Of a stretch of DNA of 64,000 nt, positions 12,723 through 25,110 are shown piece after piece. Each line of letters opens with the position of its first letter. The first letter of the stretch is position 1. The notes beneath the pieces were generated by a model. That model ran no database searches. It was not told the origin of the DNA and saw only the letters and a list, made by a program, of their open reading frames with translations. The translations under genes and the position numbers were made by a program. The stretch covers positions 2,604,001-2,668,000 of the forward strand of contig JAYWIR010000024.1 in assembly GCA_036172245.1 (NCBI GenBank), given 5' to 3'. Origin of the DNA: Raillietiella orientalis (lineage: Eukaryota).

Positions 12723-13874
12723 GTGATAAACTCTGGTTGCACGGAAGGCGGAAGAAAGGAGAGAGGTGAAGGGTGGGTGCAGACTTTAGTGAAGGCAAGG
12801 TCGGGAGACCTGGGGATGAAGCGCTGCACTGGAAGGACTGGTCAGCGATTCCTCCCGGAGAATCTGGAGTTTCGTCTCGTGACCGACTTTCAGGGCGTTT
12901 CCCGCTGCTAGCTTCCCAGTCTCATCTGTTCTCCTCCCCTCTCCCCCCCCCCGTGTCAGTGACACATTTCCTCTCCTTTCCCCACCATTCCCCATCTCTC
13001 CGTTTCGTGATGGTGCCGAGGATGCATCCAGCGCATGCGCCAGCGGTCAATGGAGAGAAAAATCTGCATAGCGACTATCCCCTGCGGCATCATCATGCGT
13101 GTCTGCCGGGATCGGCACCGCGGCGAAAATAGTGCGGACTGTTTTGAGATGAGAAGACACGCTTCCCTCAAAAGGAAAACAAATGGCAATCAATGGTCCC
13201 TCTTCTGCTGATGCACCAGGAGTCAGCGTGTTTTGACACGTGATTTCTGCAGATTACAGGTTCGGTCGGACAAGACAAGGCAAGGACGGCCAGAGGCTAT
13301 GGAAACAAAACTGGTGTCAACCTAATAAAAGTTACGTATGGAGAGCAGTAAATATCCGGGAGGAGGAGGCGCGAACAACAAGGAGGACAAGACGAATCAC
13401 TGGGAGACAGGAGTCGCTGCAAACGTGGCCCACGGGCTCTGAAACTGTCGCGGGCTCCAAAGCCCATCAGCCGTGCATTCGCTCGGTGGGCCTCCTCCTC
13501 TCCCGGTGAAGGCGGTTCTGCAACGAAAAACCGTGGGTGTTGAGGAGCGTCCAGCCTCCGCACTCCTGCGCGCTGAGCTGGATTCCAGAGAGCCATCTTT
13601 TTCCCCCTTCTTCTCCTTTTTCCCTTGTCAGGAGTCCATGTGAAATGGGATTCGAAGGACCTCTACATAATTACTCCCCATGCACATACCAGAGTCTTCT
13701 TTCTCTATTTTTTTTTTTTATAAAAGGCTAGTAGAGACCTCACGGGAAGATCGTTGCTATGGGCCTAGAATGATGAAAATCTTTTGGAGTTCTTTTGTTT
13801 TCGCTGTCTTCCTTCCAGCTTTTTCTTTTCGGTTGCTGTTGTTGTTGTTTGGGGTGGAAGTGGGGGATGAGAGA

Positions 13875-14650
13875 GGTTCGCCAAGTGCTGAAGAAGTGTC
13901 TGCTCCTCAGGAGGGGTGGGGTGAGGAGAGGGGAGGTCACAAAGCTCTTTGACACTGTCCACACCACCCGAGAGTGCGTATATCTCCTTCAGTTATAGGG
14001 ATAACCACCTTGGGACCACCCTATGGATCTAGGAAGGCTCCAGAATCTCCACTCCGCCCCTCTTTGGCCTGATAGGGAAACTCCGATTCCTTATTCCTTA
14101 TTCTCTCCAGAGAGATCCCCCAGTTTGTGTGGGCCAATCCTCACTACTTCTCCGAGGGGAACCTGGAAAGAATCCGCTCCTGGAATTTCTTCTCCGGTGG
14201 AAACCCGCAAGGGAACCGGTTTAATCCTGGTTTAATCCTCTGAAGGAAATCCCAAAGAAAGGCTTCCGAATTTCTCTGAAGAGCCGCTCCCCGAAGAGGG
14301 AGCAGCACGTTTCTTGCACTCTGGAGAGACAATCCCCCGAGGGGGCTATCAACCAGCTCCATGGCACACGATGATACAGCTCCCTTTTCAGAATCGGAGG
14401 GGAACCCCCAAGCGCTCCTTGATTCCCAGAAGCACTCCGGAGGGTCGACTTCCGATCCCGACCAGTCAACGGGAGCATCCGGCTTCCACCAGTGCCGCAT
14501 CTGAATGATGCAACCAGCGTTATCCTGTAGGGAGGACTCGAAACCCACGACGCACCCATTTCTGGACGTCGATTTTCCATGTGGTGGTTCGAACCCGCGA
14601 CGTTCGGTGCCACACGCGGAGACCACAGCCACGCGGCCACCAGCACCAGC
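13875..14650 (-). mobile_element. tRNA-headed SINE, apparently full length (about 780 bp), copy 1
   Basis: Head tggccgcgtgg (A-box-like) ... gggttcgaacc (B box, 14586-14596); body aligns by eye with four other copies; a (CAA)n-rich run follows at about 13836-13850. Confidence 0.75.
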
Positions 14651-16834
14651 TTAAGAGACACGCAAGGCGTGGTTCCCGAAGAGTCTACGGTACTCTGAGA
14701 GCCCAAGGGGAAAGGGTGAACACCGGCGCGCACGATGGCCACGTGGAAGAGCGAGAAGGTTAGGAGAGGGGGAAGCAGTGAGTCAAATAAATAAATAAGG
14801 AAGGCAAGGGATGGGAGCAGCTCCCAGCGCTGCCGCCATCTTTTTTCCACAACGTGCGTGAAATGCAGGAGGCGTTCTCCGCCCCCTGTTCCAGGTGGAG
14901 CCGTTCCTCCATCCTCCTCATCATGAAAGAGTCGAAGTGCATCTCTACGAGAAGTAGGGACCGTATCCCAGAACTAAGTTGGAAACCGCTGCAAGCTGTG
15001 ATCTCTGGTTGCATCTCGCAGAGGAGCATCAGGAAAAGTGAGAAGAAAACAAGAATGGAGTTCTTATAAAGTACTTCCCCCATGCCAGCAAGAGCTGGTC
15101 CTGAGGACGGAAAATCTCCCGGTGAACGGAATCCGTGGGGCACAGTCCCCACGTCCGAGGCGTGGTTGGGATCGGAGCAAGAGAAAAACACTTTTTTTTT
15201 TTTTTTTTGCTTTTTCTGTTTTCATTTTCCTCCGAACGCGACCAGGACGAGAACGCTCGCTACCTGTCTCCTGCATAAGCACCATCAGCGAGGTCGCGTA
15301 TCAAGATCATTTGGTTGATCATCTCCATAGCAATTAGTGAAGCGAGGCGAAGAGCAAACTCGACCGGTTCTCAATCTCCTTGGGACATCACGTTCGGTAC
15401 CAGAATACGGTTCTCTGGATGGTTTAGCCGGAAAAGAAAGGAACCAGGTTTAACCAAGAGACCAGCTTCGGAATGTCACCTATAGTGGTCATTGCAGCTT
15501 TGAAGCTATGCCTGGAGGGGTCCGGCATGGACGTGATTCCCATCATCACTTCTTTTATCGAGATGATGACGAGATGGTCGCACCTGTCGAAATGTAACGA
15601 GAAGCTTCCGGAATCCTCCCGAGAATGCAAAGGACGCTCGGGAACCCTCTGTGACCCCTTATTTTGCCCCCCACTCCGAAAGATACACTCGTCCTTATTT
15701 CATATTTTTATTTTCTCCTCCTTCTCTCATTTTCCCTTAAGCGGATCTCTCTGGGCAGGCTGCCTGTTAGCAGGGGCACCCTCTCGTCATGAACGAGAGT
15801 AGGGGGACGGGTAACCATCTCTATGCACGGGTAACGATCTTTCTTTTCATCAAGAGTCCTTACCTGTAAACAATATTTTAGAATAAAAGAGCCGGATTCG
15901 CCAGGTGAAAATAGGTGCTGCCTAGCGCGAGACCAGTCGCTGCCTCGCACACTAAGTCACTTCATATGAAGCACCCTTGCCTCTTACAGGGAAAGTCATG
16001 ATGCCTCGGTAGGGTGTCGACAAGTGGTGGACTAAGGTTTTCCTGCAATCCGGCATCTGGTCTGGAGTCCACTCTCCTTTCAGACCGCGTCTCATCCCGC
16101 ACCCTGCAACGAAACTCGGGCAGCAATCTTGGATGTCTTCTGCCCGTTAGAGGGCACGTCAGCACAATTCGGGGAGTCCCAAGAGAGAAAGAAAAAACAA
16201 ATGTGCAGATCGTAGTCGCTGGACTCGCGGGGGTATGCCGAGCCACTCAAAGAGCTCGTGGTGTCCCGGTCGATTCAGAGAGAATCTTAGAAGCAACCCG
16301 AAGGTGCCTCTAAGATTTGCTACGACAGCGATATCGATTGGACTCATCCTCTGAGAAACCCACCTGATGGAGATTCGGGTCCACCTTCAGAACTTCAGGA
16401 AGAATTGCCTAAGGGTGGAGTCGAGGAAGGTCTAGAAACGCCTTTGCAGGTTCGACCCAGTGAGGCTTCTCCAAGCGAACGTTCGAAAGACATTGGACGA
16501 TGCGCGGAGGTGATCGAGGCAGGGGAAGAACTTGAGGAATTTCTTTATGAGCTTTCTGAAAAAAGACTGAGAGCACCACTGAGAGCCATGTCTGAAAGCA
16601 GATGCGTCAGGATCGAAAGCTCGGCCGGACCTTCTACGATCGGTTTTCATGAGGAGGCTGCGCTAGTTGAGGGATCTTTGACTTCGAGCCGGAATTCATC
16701 CGATGCTTCTATACCGGGAGATGTGAACGTTTCAGAACGACATTTCTTTTTCTGATGCATTTTGCCTGTTTCTTTCGAATCTTTGATTGCCCTAATACTC
16801 CCGTCTTTCCCTGGGTTCCAGGACCACGGAGATC

Positions 16835-17224
16835 CTAACGACGATGGCTCAAGGTCGCGAACTCTCCTTCCCTGGTGAGGTAGAGAGCCAATGTTTGCTT
16901 CCCTTCTTTTGCAGGGCCTCTTCTGTCCTCATAGCTGATTATTGTCCTGGAACGATCCTGGCGTCCTTTGCCTGCTCCTGGAGCACCAGATCTAGGTTCA
17001 GCTTTCCATTCGATCCCGAAAGAGGGAGCCAGCAGCTCCCAGTGTTCCCTTTCTGGCTGCGATGCCAGCTCGTCATGACTCTCCGTGGCGATGGTTTCGT
17101 GGTTGGCATGCCTCGTAAAGATGTGGCTTTGAGATTCTTCCCATACTCTGCACCTTCTGCACGAACGGCAGGAGTTATCCCTGCCGGGCGGTGCCTTCAC
17201 AGGAAAAAGATCAGTTCCCGCCAT
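16835..17224 (-). mobile_element. Decayed C-terminal fragment of an RLE-type (R2/NeSL/R4-like) non-LTR retrotransposon
   Basis: DLFPVKA..GRD..CRRCRVWEESQSHIF...IATESHDELA resembles the CCHC knuckle plus RHD motif preceding the restriction-like endonuclease. Confidence 0.55.
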
Positions 17225-19205
17225 GTAGACAAATCTGCAGTCTGCAAGCTTCTATCATCTAATTCAACGATGATTGATAATCGGAAACACTGAGAATGAA
17301 AGTGTGAAAACCGGAAAAGTTCGTTCATCTTTTTTGAGAGACGCAGAATCTCTGGTATCATGTGGTTTCAAATGCTTTCATACTTTGAGCTTGGCTAGGA
17401 ATGTGCTCCTCGGCACCACGCATGTGCGCTTAGGGGTTTCCGTATTCCCTCAACTGTATCAGACGGAACTTCGGGAAAAGGAGGAATAAAGTAGCAGAAA
17501 GCTGCCACAAGGTAAATGCAGCAAAATAGAGGAAAGCTGGAAGTCGGTGGAGATGAGCCAATCAAAAGGTTTGCTGAATGCCAAGAGCTCGTTCCATTCC
17601 CTGCGACCGACGCTCCATGAAAGCGTTAGATAACTCGAAAAAAAAAGCTGCTGAAGGAAACATACTAAGCGGAGGCTGCAGTGGATGGAATCTAACAAAT
17701 CGGTGTGATCAAACGCTACTGCCATTTATAAGAGACTGGATCTCGAACGTTTGGAGGAAGGTCGTGTGTCAGTATTGCTGCTGTCATGGAGTTTTCAAAG
17801 ATTCAGCGCTGCGCTTCCATTGGTCATTGTCATCTTTGCATTCCATCTGCATCGAAGTCTGCTGCTTATGAAATGCACACTCCTATTTAAGGATCCAGCA
17901 TCGAATATTAAAAAAAAAAAGATGAACAAAATACTTTTTTTAGTAGTAAAATAGCTTTATGGAATCAATACCGTTTCAATTTTATGTCTGCTATTAAGAC
18001 ATCGTTTTTGATAAACCATCCCTAGGGGACAATCGGTTTCTCGATAACGGCAGAAAGGTTATCTCATATCGACGGAAAGCTTCCTACCTACAGAACGGTT
18101 TCCCATCTTCGTCGAATGAGGTAGGGGAAACAAAATAAATAAATCAGCCGCCTGAAAGCGGGAGCATTCAGCTTCAGAGCACCCTTCACAGATGGCACTC
18201 GAGCAGGGTGAAGCTGCGTGGAAGTGAATTCATAGGATCAGCTGCCCAATAGAAAGAGGAATCTTCAGATGACATGAAATGAGAAAATCAGAATAAAAGT
18301 GATCATTCGTTCATGATGTGTGACAAATGAACGGAACATGGGAGGCCTCGTTCTGACAACCTTTGGGATGTGTCTTTTGAGACGCAGAAAAAGAAGTTTA
18401 GGAGAATAAGGGTGGGTTCCTGGTCCAATGACGTGTCATCTTATTTTCCACATTTTTGCAAGGGCAAGTTTCCTGGCTCTTGGAATCGAGAATGCTGATT
18501 ACCTGAGAGACGGTGGAAGATCTATCGCCACCATCTCTCAGGTAATCACTATTAATACAATGGTGTTATCTGAAAGATGCTTACTTGGGATCAAGAAACA
18601 CAGATTAAATAAAAAATGGAAACTACATTGACTCTTGATATCCGAGCCGATCGGACTTTGATCTCTTATGATTGTGAAATCCACGACAGGGGGTGAAACC
18701 ATATATTCTCTCCACCAAAGTTTCTTGCACCCTTAACTGGCACTCTATGAGGAATATCTGTCCATCAACTCAACGTAATATCGTCTACAAGCAATGTTTC
18801 GCGAGAGCATCTCTGTTTTTCTTAAGAAGGCATCCTCGATCTCTAGAGAACCACAATCGACAGGCGACTGTGGTCGTCTGCTTCCATCTTATTTTATTTT
18901 TTGATGAAAGTAGGCTGTTATGAGTAACAAGGGAATCTCGACTTGATGTGGGAAATTGAAGAAACACTCCGCAGCGCTGAATTCATCTCCTGTGTACAAT
19001 TTGAACAACGAAAATAAAATAAAAGAAAGAAAGCTGAACTTTTGTGGGGTGCACCTACTTCTAGAATGAAGGAATTTGGTTCGTAAGCTCTTTTTTCCGG
19101 GCTCCTACGAAGTTATTCCTCAGAGATATTTGAAGTCCCTTCACACGCCGGGGGAAGATCTTAAGAGTCCTACAATCTATCCACGAGTGGAAATACTTGA
19201 TCCAA

Positions 19206-20228
19206 CCCTGGAAGGATAACGTGACGTCATACACGACAACCAGGAACTAAAACGTGCAGACCGTCCGCCATGGTCAGTGCCGAGAGCATGCCGTTCCAGC
19301 TACCTCTGACTAAGCCTTCCGTGTGCCTGCAGTCGCAATGGCGTACAAATTGGTTGGTTTTTTTTTTTTCCTCTTCTTTTTTCCGTGTTGTGCCCGACTG
19401 TGTCGTGTACGACACCGCGCCACCGCTTACGTTGCATGCAAAGATGTTTGCACCCGTGGCCTCTCCCATAATAAAATTTTCGCGCAGAATGAAGTGGAAG
19501 GGTTGATTGGACTCCATGAGAGAGGAGAAACGAATTCAAAAGAGTTTTGAGCTGAGCCCTCAGGATGAAAAAAGAAATACTGAGGCACTTAATCGAATCT
19601 GAGATGTTCGAGCAACTTCTCCATATGAAATTTCCTTGTCTGATGAAGACCGGGATTGGGATGACGGAGGTTCGGAAGCAGAGGGCGTACAAGACGACGA
19701 ATCTGCAGCTGATGGAAGTGGTGCGGATGGCCTTTGCGCGTTTTGTCACGGAATGGTGGACGGCGCGTGGTGGTGTCCGCTGCCCTTGGGAATCCAAAGT
19801 ACAAAGCTGAATTTCCGGAAAAGTGCTCCTCCAAAATAGAAGGCAGCAGCTCGTAGCGCCTCACGTGGAACGCCGGTTGCCTGCGAGAAGAAGAAGTTGC
19901 CTCGTTCTTTGCGAGATTTGGTTGTATCTGTACGGAACAAGGAAGATCCGAGGTCCCAAGATGTTCCACAGGGAGCTTCGACCGCCCGCAAGCGCTGCCA
20001 AGTGTGCCCACGTCCCGCCGACCGGGAAGGAGGGGAAAAGTTTGCAAAAAAACCCTTACGTTGTGAATGTGCAAATGACTTATGAAATAATCTGTAAAGA
20101 GAATCGAAATTCGTTGACAGGATAAAATGTTTATGAGGAATTGGAAAGCTTTTATCATTTTAATTTGGTGTCCTATACGACACCACGCGGCCATCTGTGC
20201 ACAAAATGGCCGCGTTACCCTTCTAGGG
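19206..20228 (+). mobile_element. Internally deleted, non-autonomous piggyBac transposon (1023 bp)
   Basis: TIRs ccctggaaggataacgtgac (19206-19225) / gccgcgttacccttctaggg (20209-20228), 16 of 20 complementary. Right flank TTAA, left flank CCAA. Subterminal gtgtc..tacgacac repeats (19226, 19400, 20167). Acidic N-terminal relic (SDEDRDWDDGGSE) and C-terminal relics QLVAPHVERRL, LPRSLRDLV and RKRCQVCPRPADR (Cys-rich domain). Catalytic core absent. Confidence 0.85.
19552..19636 (+). pseudogene. sucA: Bacterial 2-oxoglutarate dehydrogenase E1 fragment, Wolbachia-like nuclear insert
   Basis: Reads LSPQD/KKEILRHLIESEMFEQLLHMKFP with one frameshift; this is the SucA segment just before the KRFS.EG motif, and near-identical to Wolbachia SucA as I recall it. 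Confidence 0.75.
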
Positions 20229-20570
20229 TTAATTATGCAAGGAGCGGACTCGGAAAATTTGTGGAGATTCGAAAGGGCGTACCCCATAGCAACAGCATTC
20301 CGATAGTGAGCCTTTGGACAAACGTGCTGGAACACAAACGTTTGAATTACTAAGGTGGCGGATTTTTTCCTTTTTCACCTAAGCGACAAAATGGAAGAAA
20401 AGAAATTCGTCCTCTGGAAAATGCTCGAAACGAAAGATAATGGTCCATCGCTCTCGTCAAGTAATCGACACAACCCTGCGATACACACGGATTCATTCGC
20501 GAAGTTCCCGGGAGTCCTTCTGCCCTGTCTTATCCCGGAAACTATAGACTATCTTATCATCCCCGCCTCC

Positions 20571-20611
20571 AAGCATAACTTCAAGTCCCGGTAGGACTTG
20601 AAGTTATGCTT
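20571..20611. repeat. Perfect hairpin, 18-bp arms with 5-nt loop
   Basis: aagcataacttcaagtcc-cggta-ggacttgaagttatgctt. Confidence 0.95.
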
Positions 20612-20779
20612 AAAGGAGCCAATTTTTGGTTAAATGAGAAGCGATTAATTACATTAAATGAGATGAGTTCCTTCTCTTGGAGGTCCCACAAGTTCCTATT
20701 GGTTGGGGTCACGGAATGCGAACTCCCATGGCTTCAGGAGTCGAAAACATCGAAATCTCTCCGGGTCCATTAGAGCAAG

Positions 20780-20990
20780 TCCAAACTTTTGTTCTGGAGT
20801 ATGATGGATTCCTTATGGATTCGTGTTCGATTACGCCTATTATGGAAATGGAATATACCGGAGAAATTGTGGGTGATGGCCATTTGTTGGCTGATGCGTG
20901 GATGGTTATGGTTGAAAAATGCGACACTCGTGTTTGTGAAGCTGCGGGGGTTTTCCCGAACACGGTAAAAGGAAGGATGGGAAAAAGTGA
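20780..20990 (-). mobile_element. Possible Penelope-like GIY-YIG endonuclease C-terminal remnant
   Basis: RVRENPRS...THNF...RTRIHKESIILQNK loosely fits R..EH.......H.F.....R.IKESI.I. Confidence 0.25.
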
Positions 20991-23900
20991 AGGTTTTATC
21001 ATGGCAGATTTCTAATTTTCGGAATGAGGAGAAGCCTGTTCAGGTCGAGCTTGGTAACCATGCTGGACTGCAGGATGCCTAATGGAAAAAAAAAAAAAAA
21101 TCCTTTCCCAGAGATTTTTCCCAGAAACACCCCATATTTAGATCTGATACGGAAACATGTAAATGCAACCACTCTTTCACTGCTGTAAAAAAAAAAAAAA
21201 AAAAAAAAAAAAGGCTGCTTTCACTGCTGACTCCTGGGTCGATGCTTGCTCGAATTCGACGGGTTGCACACCAGAGAGGCATTCCGAAAGTTTCCCATTA
21301 ACGCTTTTGTTCACAGTAATGTTTCCATTGATGTTGGGAATGATTAATGTTGCCAAATTATTTACCACCCCTGCGTCAGCTCCAGCTTGAAACCACGTCC
21401 ATTCACTGCTCTTAATGATGGATTCACTTACTGTTCCCTTTCCCTTTCTTTGCCGTTTGCAATCGGATTCCGTTTTCGATCGAAGCATTCTCATGGCCCG
21501 AAATCTCCATGCTGGTCCGGGAGAACCGACTCTTCAGCTTCGGGAAGAGCTCGCGGTTCGGCTGCTGCTCGCGCGGCGTTTCCAGAATCCCCTTAAGATT
21601 CTTTTCCTGACTTTCTTTGGCAGGGCTGTGCGGGAGCACCTCCCAAAGAACTCTTCTTCCCCCAGTCAATCACTTGTGCTGACCTGTGGGAAGCGTTGCC
21701 CTTCTCCCTTCACACTCTTTTCCTCTTCGTAATCGGAAAGATGTCCGTTCCAACACTTTGCCAGCGGCGTTGCGAAAGTTTGGTTTGTTTGCCTTGAAAT
21801 AAAAAAAAAAAAAAAAAAAAAGTCGAAGTCACTGAAGCTTTGGTGATGTGGAAATGGAACTCTGAACGCGTAAATACACACTTTCCAAACACCTTCTCCT
21901 AAAAAAGTGCTTCCAGTACGATAAGTAATTCCTTCGTGACCTGAAATTGCTGAATCCCGATTCCTGCTGAATGGGAGGTGTTCCGATCGTTTTTGCAAGG
22001 AATTTTGTTTCTATCACCAGTATAAGGAATGTTTAAAGAAATCAGAGCCTCCGGTGAAGGATGCGCCCACTATCGCCTGTGTTCCCTACGAGTCTGTTCT
22101 TACTCACCCCTGGACAACACGAGGGAAGCTCATACTGGTGATAGGAAGTCTTGGTTTCATTTGGGGTTAAAGGCTTTTAATCTTGCATCCCAAGAGCTAG
22201 GTTTTGCAAAAATCGATTTCGTTTCAAGCAAATAGGGAAACCCTCATAGAGTAATGACAAAAGGTGTACAAAGTGTTCCCCCCCTTATGTTCCATGGCTT
22301 TATCTCATCATTACCTGTGTTCTAGGAAAGCACTTTCTCAGAAAAGGCTTATTTATTTTGAAAAATGTGTCCCAAACAGGTACTCCGTTCTTGGACTCAA
22401 AAAAAACAACAACATGATTAACCTCTGTTTACCTCTTCCTGGTGCTGATAGATGAATACCTCCATCTTCCAAATTGGATAGCTTCGACAGTCTGATGGGA
22501 ATGGCGTCTATTCCATGATATCGTGAATGAAAAACCAAAAAACTTGGCGGTACTGACTGACGCTTACTGAATTAACATGACGTCAGTTTGAAAGTGACCT
22601 GGATGTCCATGCATAAGATAGGCAACGACTTGGATGTACAGAAGATGCTTTTAACAGCCTCCATCTTTAAATTGCACTTCAGCGTCGACATTGCGTTTAA
22701 ATACAGCTGCTTGCTTGATTGATGGCTAGTTCGTAGAGCATTTTCTATACATGGTTTCCACATTCCTTCTAGATATGACTCACGGGTCGCCTCTCTCACG
22801 CTCCTCTATCATAGTGCTGAAGAACGAGCACACCTGAAGTGCGACTGCAACTCAGCGTAGCGCTTCTGTGATCTTTTTGTGGAATTTTCTGCTGTGCCCT
22901 GGTTCAAGCATGCATTTATTTATACTCTAATTTCGTTGGCTCCCAACTAACTATCCTCTGATGTACACGTCAATGTTGAGGGGAATTAGACTGGGCCTCT
23001 ACTGCTGTCCACGGGAGTTTCTCACTTAGGTGCATCTTTGATTCAGAGAACTTCAAACCGAAACTCAAGCTGTGAAGTGTCAGTGACTCGACGGAAGCGA
23101 GACAGACGCGGACTGTTAAAGGGATAAGGAAGGAAAAGGATAGTTTCTTCTGCTCTCAAAGTCTGTTTCTACATTTCCAAGGATACTCCGTCATCTTCCG
23201 AAACGTTGGGAAGTCGCGGTAGATGTTGGTCACTGTGCTGGCGATTCCAGTTCACTGAAACTTGGAAAGGCACCCGATGGCTGCACTGAGAAAACCCAGG
23301 TTCTCTCTGGCAGAGTGAGTCGGTGTTCCGCAAGCAAGGAAAAAGTGGAAAAGAGAATGGTTTTCCCGAAATAGCGTCTGCAAGAGCGGAATTTGCACTG
23401 TCCGAGATTGACTGGAAATGGTGTCGTAGCACGAAAGAGGAACTTTTGGAGTCTGCGTGGGCGAAACTACGAGCATGGCAATAACGTGCTCAGCAACGCG
23501 GGAAATGCTAGGAACAGAAGATTTTTCTTTCGCAATTCTGCTTCGATGCAAATAGATTTTCCATGTATTTCCTGCAAACTTTGCCATCTCGTGGCGTAAG
23601 AACACCCGAAGAATATGAGCCCTCGAACCGCACGAAAGCTCCAACTCGCTACTGGATCCTTGAGTTCCGAACGGTCTCCTCGAATTAGCAAAGTGCAGCA
23701 AAGAAAGAAGCTCGGTAAAAACAACGAATACGAGATCGGTACGCGTGCCAGGAAAATGACTGAGAAGCAGAAGACCATTTGATTTTACCTCTAGTCTGGA
23801 TAACAGTGCAAGAGAATACAAGACTGGACGTGCCAGCAAAATGCACACCTGAAAGTCAGCCAAAAATTATCGAAACTCTGGGACAAACGAAAGGCTTCAA

Positions 23901-24949
23901 TTAAAGAAGGGAAAGGAAGCTCGAAACGTTTTCATGAACGCATAGAATAAAGTCAGCTTCGAAGCATCTCGGAAATGCTGGAGAAAACATCAGCAGTGAA
24001 AATGATTATGGAAAACTATTTCTGGGGATATCTTTGGTAGAAAAATGAGAAATAGGCATACAGCTGATCACAAGCGCAGTGATTTTGGAGGAAGGGATCC
24101 AGAGTGTGGAATGCGACAAGTGACACGCTTTTGGAAATTCTACGAAACACATGTGGACATGTGCTGAATCGCGAAAAGCATCTGAGGGAGCATCCTGCTG
24201 AAATCTAATCTGGAAATCCTCAAGCGGAAGATCAGAGAAGAAGGGAAAATGCGAGAAGGGTTTCCGAGCTTCCTTTCCATTGCGGAGGCGAGCGCGCTAC
24301 TTGTGCTTTTTCCTTCGAAGACACAGAGTGCCTATGGCAAGCGGAAACCTCAACTCGGTGCCCTCCTGCACCCTCCTTCGAGCGGGTGGTTCTGAGATAG
24401 CAAGATTGCCCAGGGAAGAAAGAAAACAGACACAATGGGAGCGCAAGGGCGGATGCGAGGTTCCTTGGAAAGTGCACCTAGCCAGAAGCAGAGGGACTCG
24501 GCGCGCGAGAGGGACTCAGCAGCGCGTGACATGGAAGAGGAAACGGAGTCCACGCAGAAGTGTTGAAAACCTCAGTCGTCGGTCCCGCACAGTTAGCGTG
24601 AAGGTGCAAGAGAGCCGGCGTTAGCAGGCAGACGAACTCAAACCCGCCATTCATTGCAAGAAGAGGAAAGTCCTCATCAGCGGAAGAGACTCGCGAGATG
24701 AGGCACCGCGAGCGGGAGCACGGGCAGAAGCTTCAGACAAGAATTCTCTTCGTTCGTGAAGGCGCTGATGCCTCTGAAGAAAATGTAATCTAACAGAATA
24801 CTGGAAAACGCTGACAACCAAGGAAAAACGAAAGTTTATACATGATAAGTATCTGAAAGAACTCTGTATTGGAAAAATCTGTCTAAATGAGCAACAATAA
24901 TTTTACGTTCTTCAAAAACTGGAAATGATCAATATTGATTAATGAATGA

Positions 24950-25110
24950 TCAATGATTATTTATCGGCGATAGCGTTGGCGATACTCGTATATATTGGAA
25001 AATGGGGCGCTAAAGGGAATTCAATCAGCTTTATTGTAAACGCATTCCAAGCCGATTTCAGACCGGTCTGGAGCCGGACGTGGAAAATTTCATCTAAGAC
25101 TCGGAAAACT
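24950..25110 (+). mobile_element. Highly decayed LINE reverse-transcriptase fragment (RTE-like)
   Basis: DYLSAIALAILVY...FQADFRP..SRTWKI resembles NYRGISLL..YK...QAGFRPGRST.DQI. Confidence 0.35.

Noticed and set aside
19636..19810. PHD-finger-like CAFC...W..C motif
   Set aside because: Better explained as the decayed piggyBac N-terminal DG..W..P segment lying within the TIRs.
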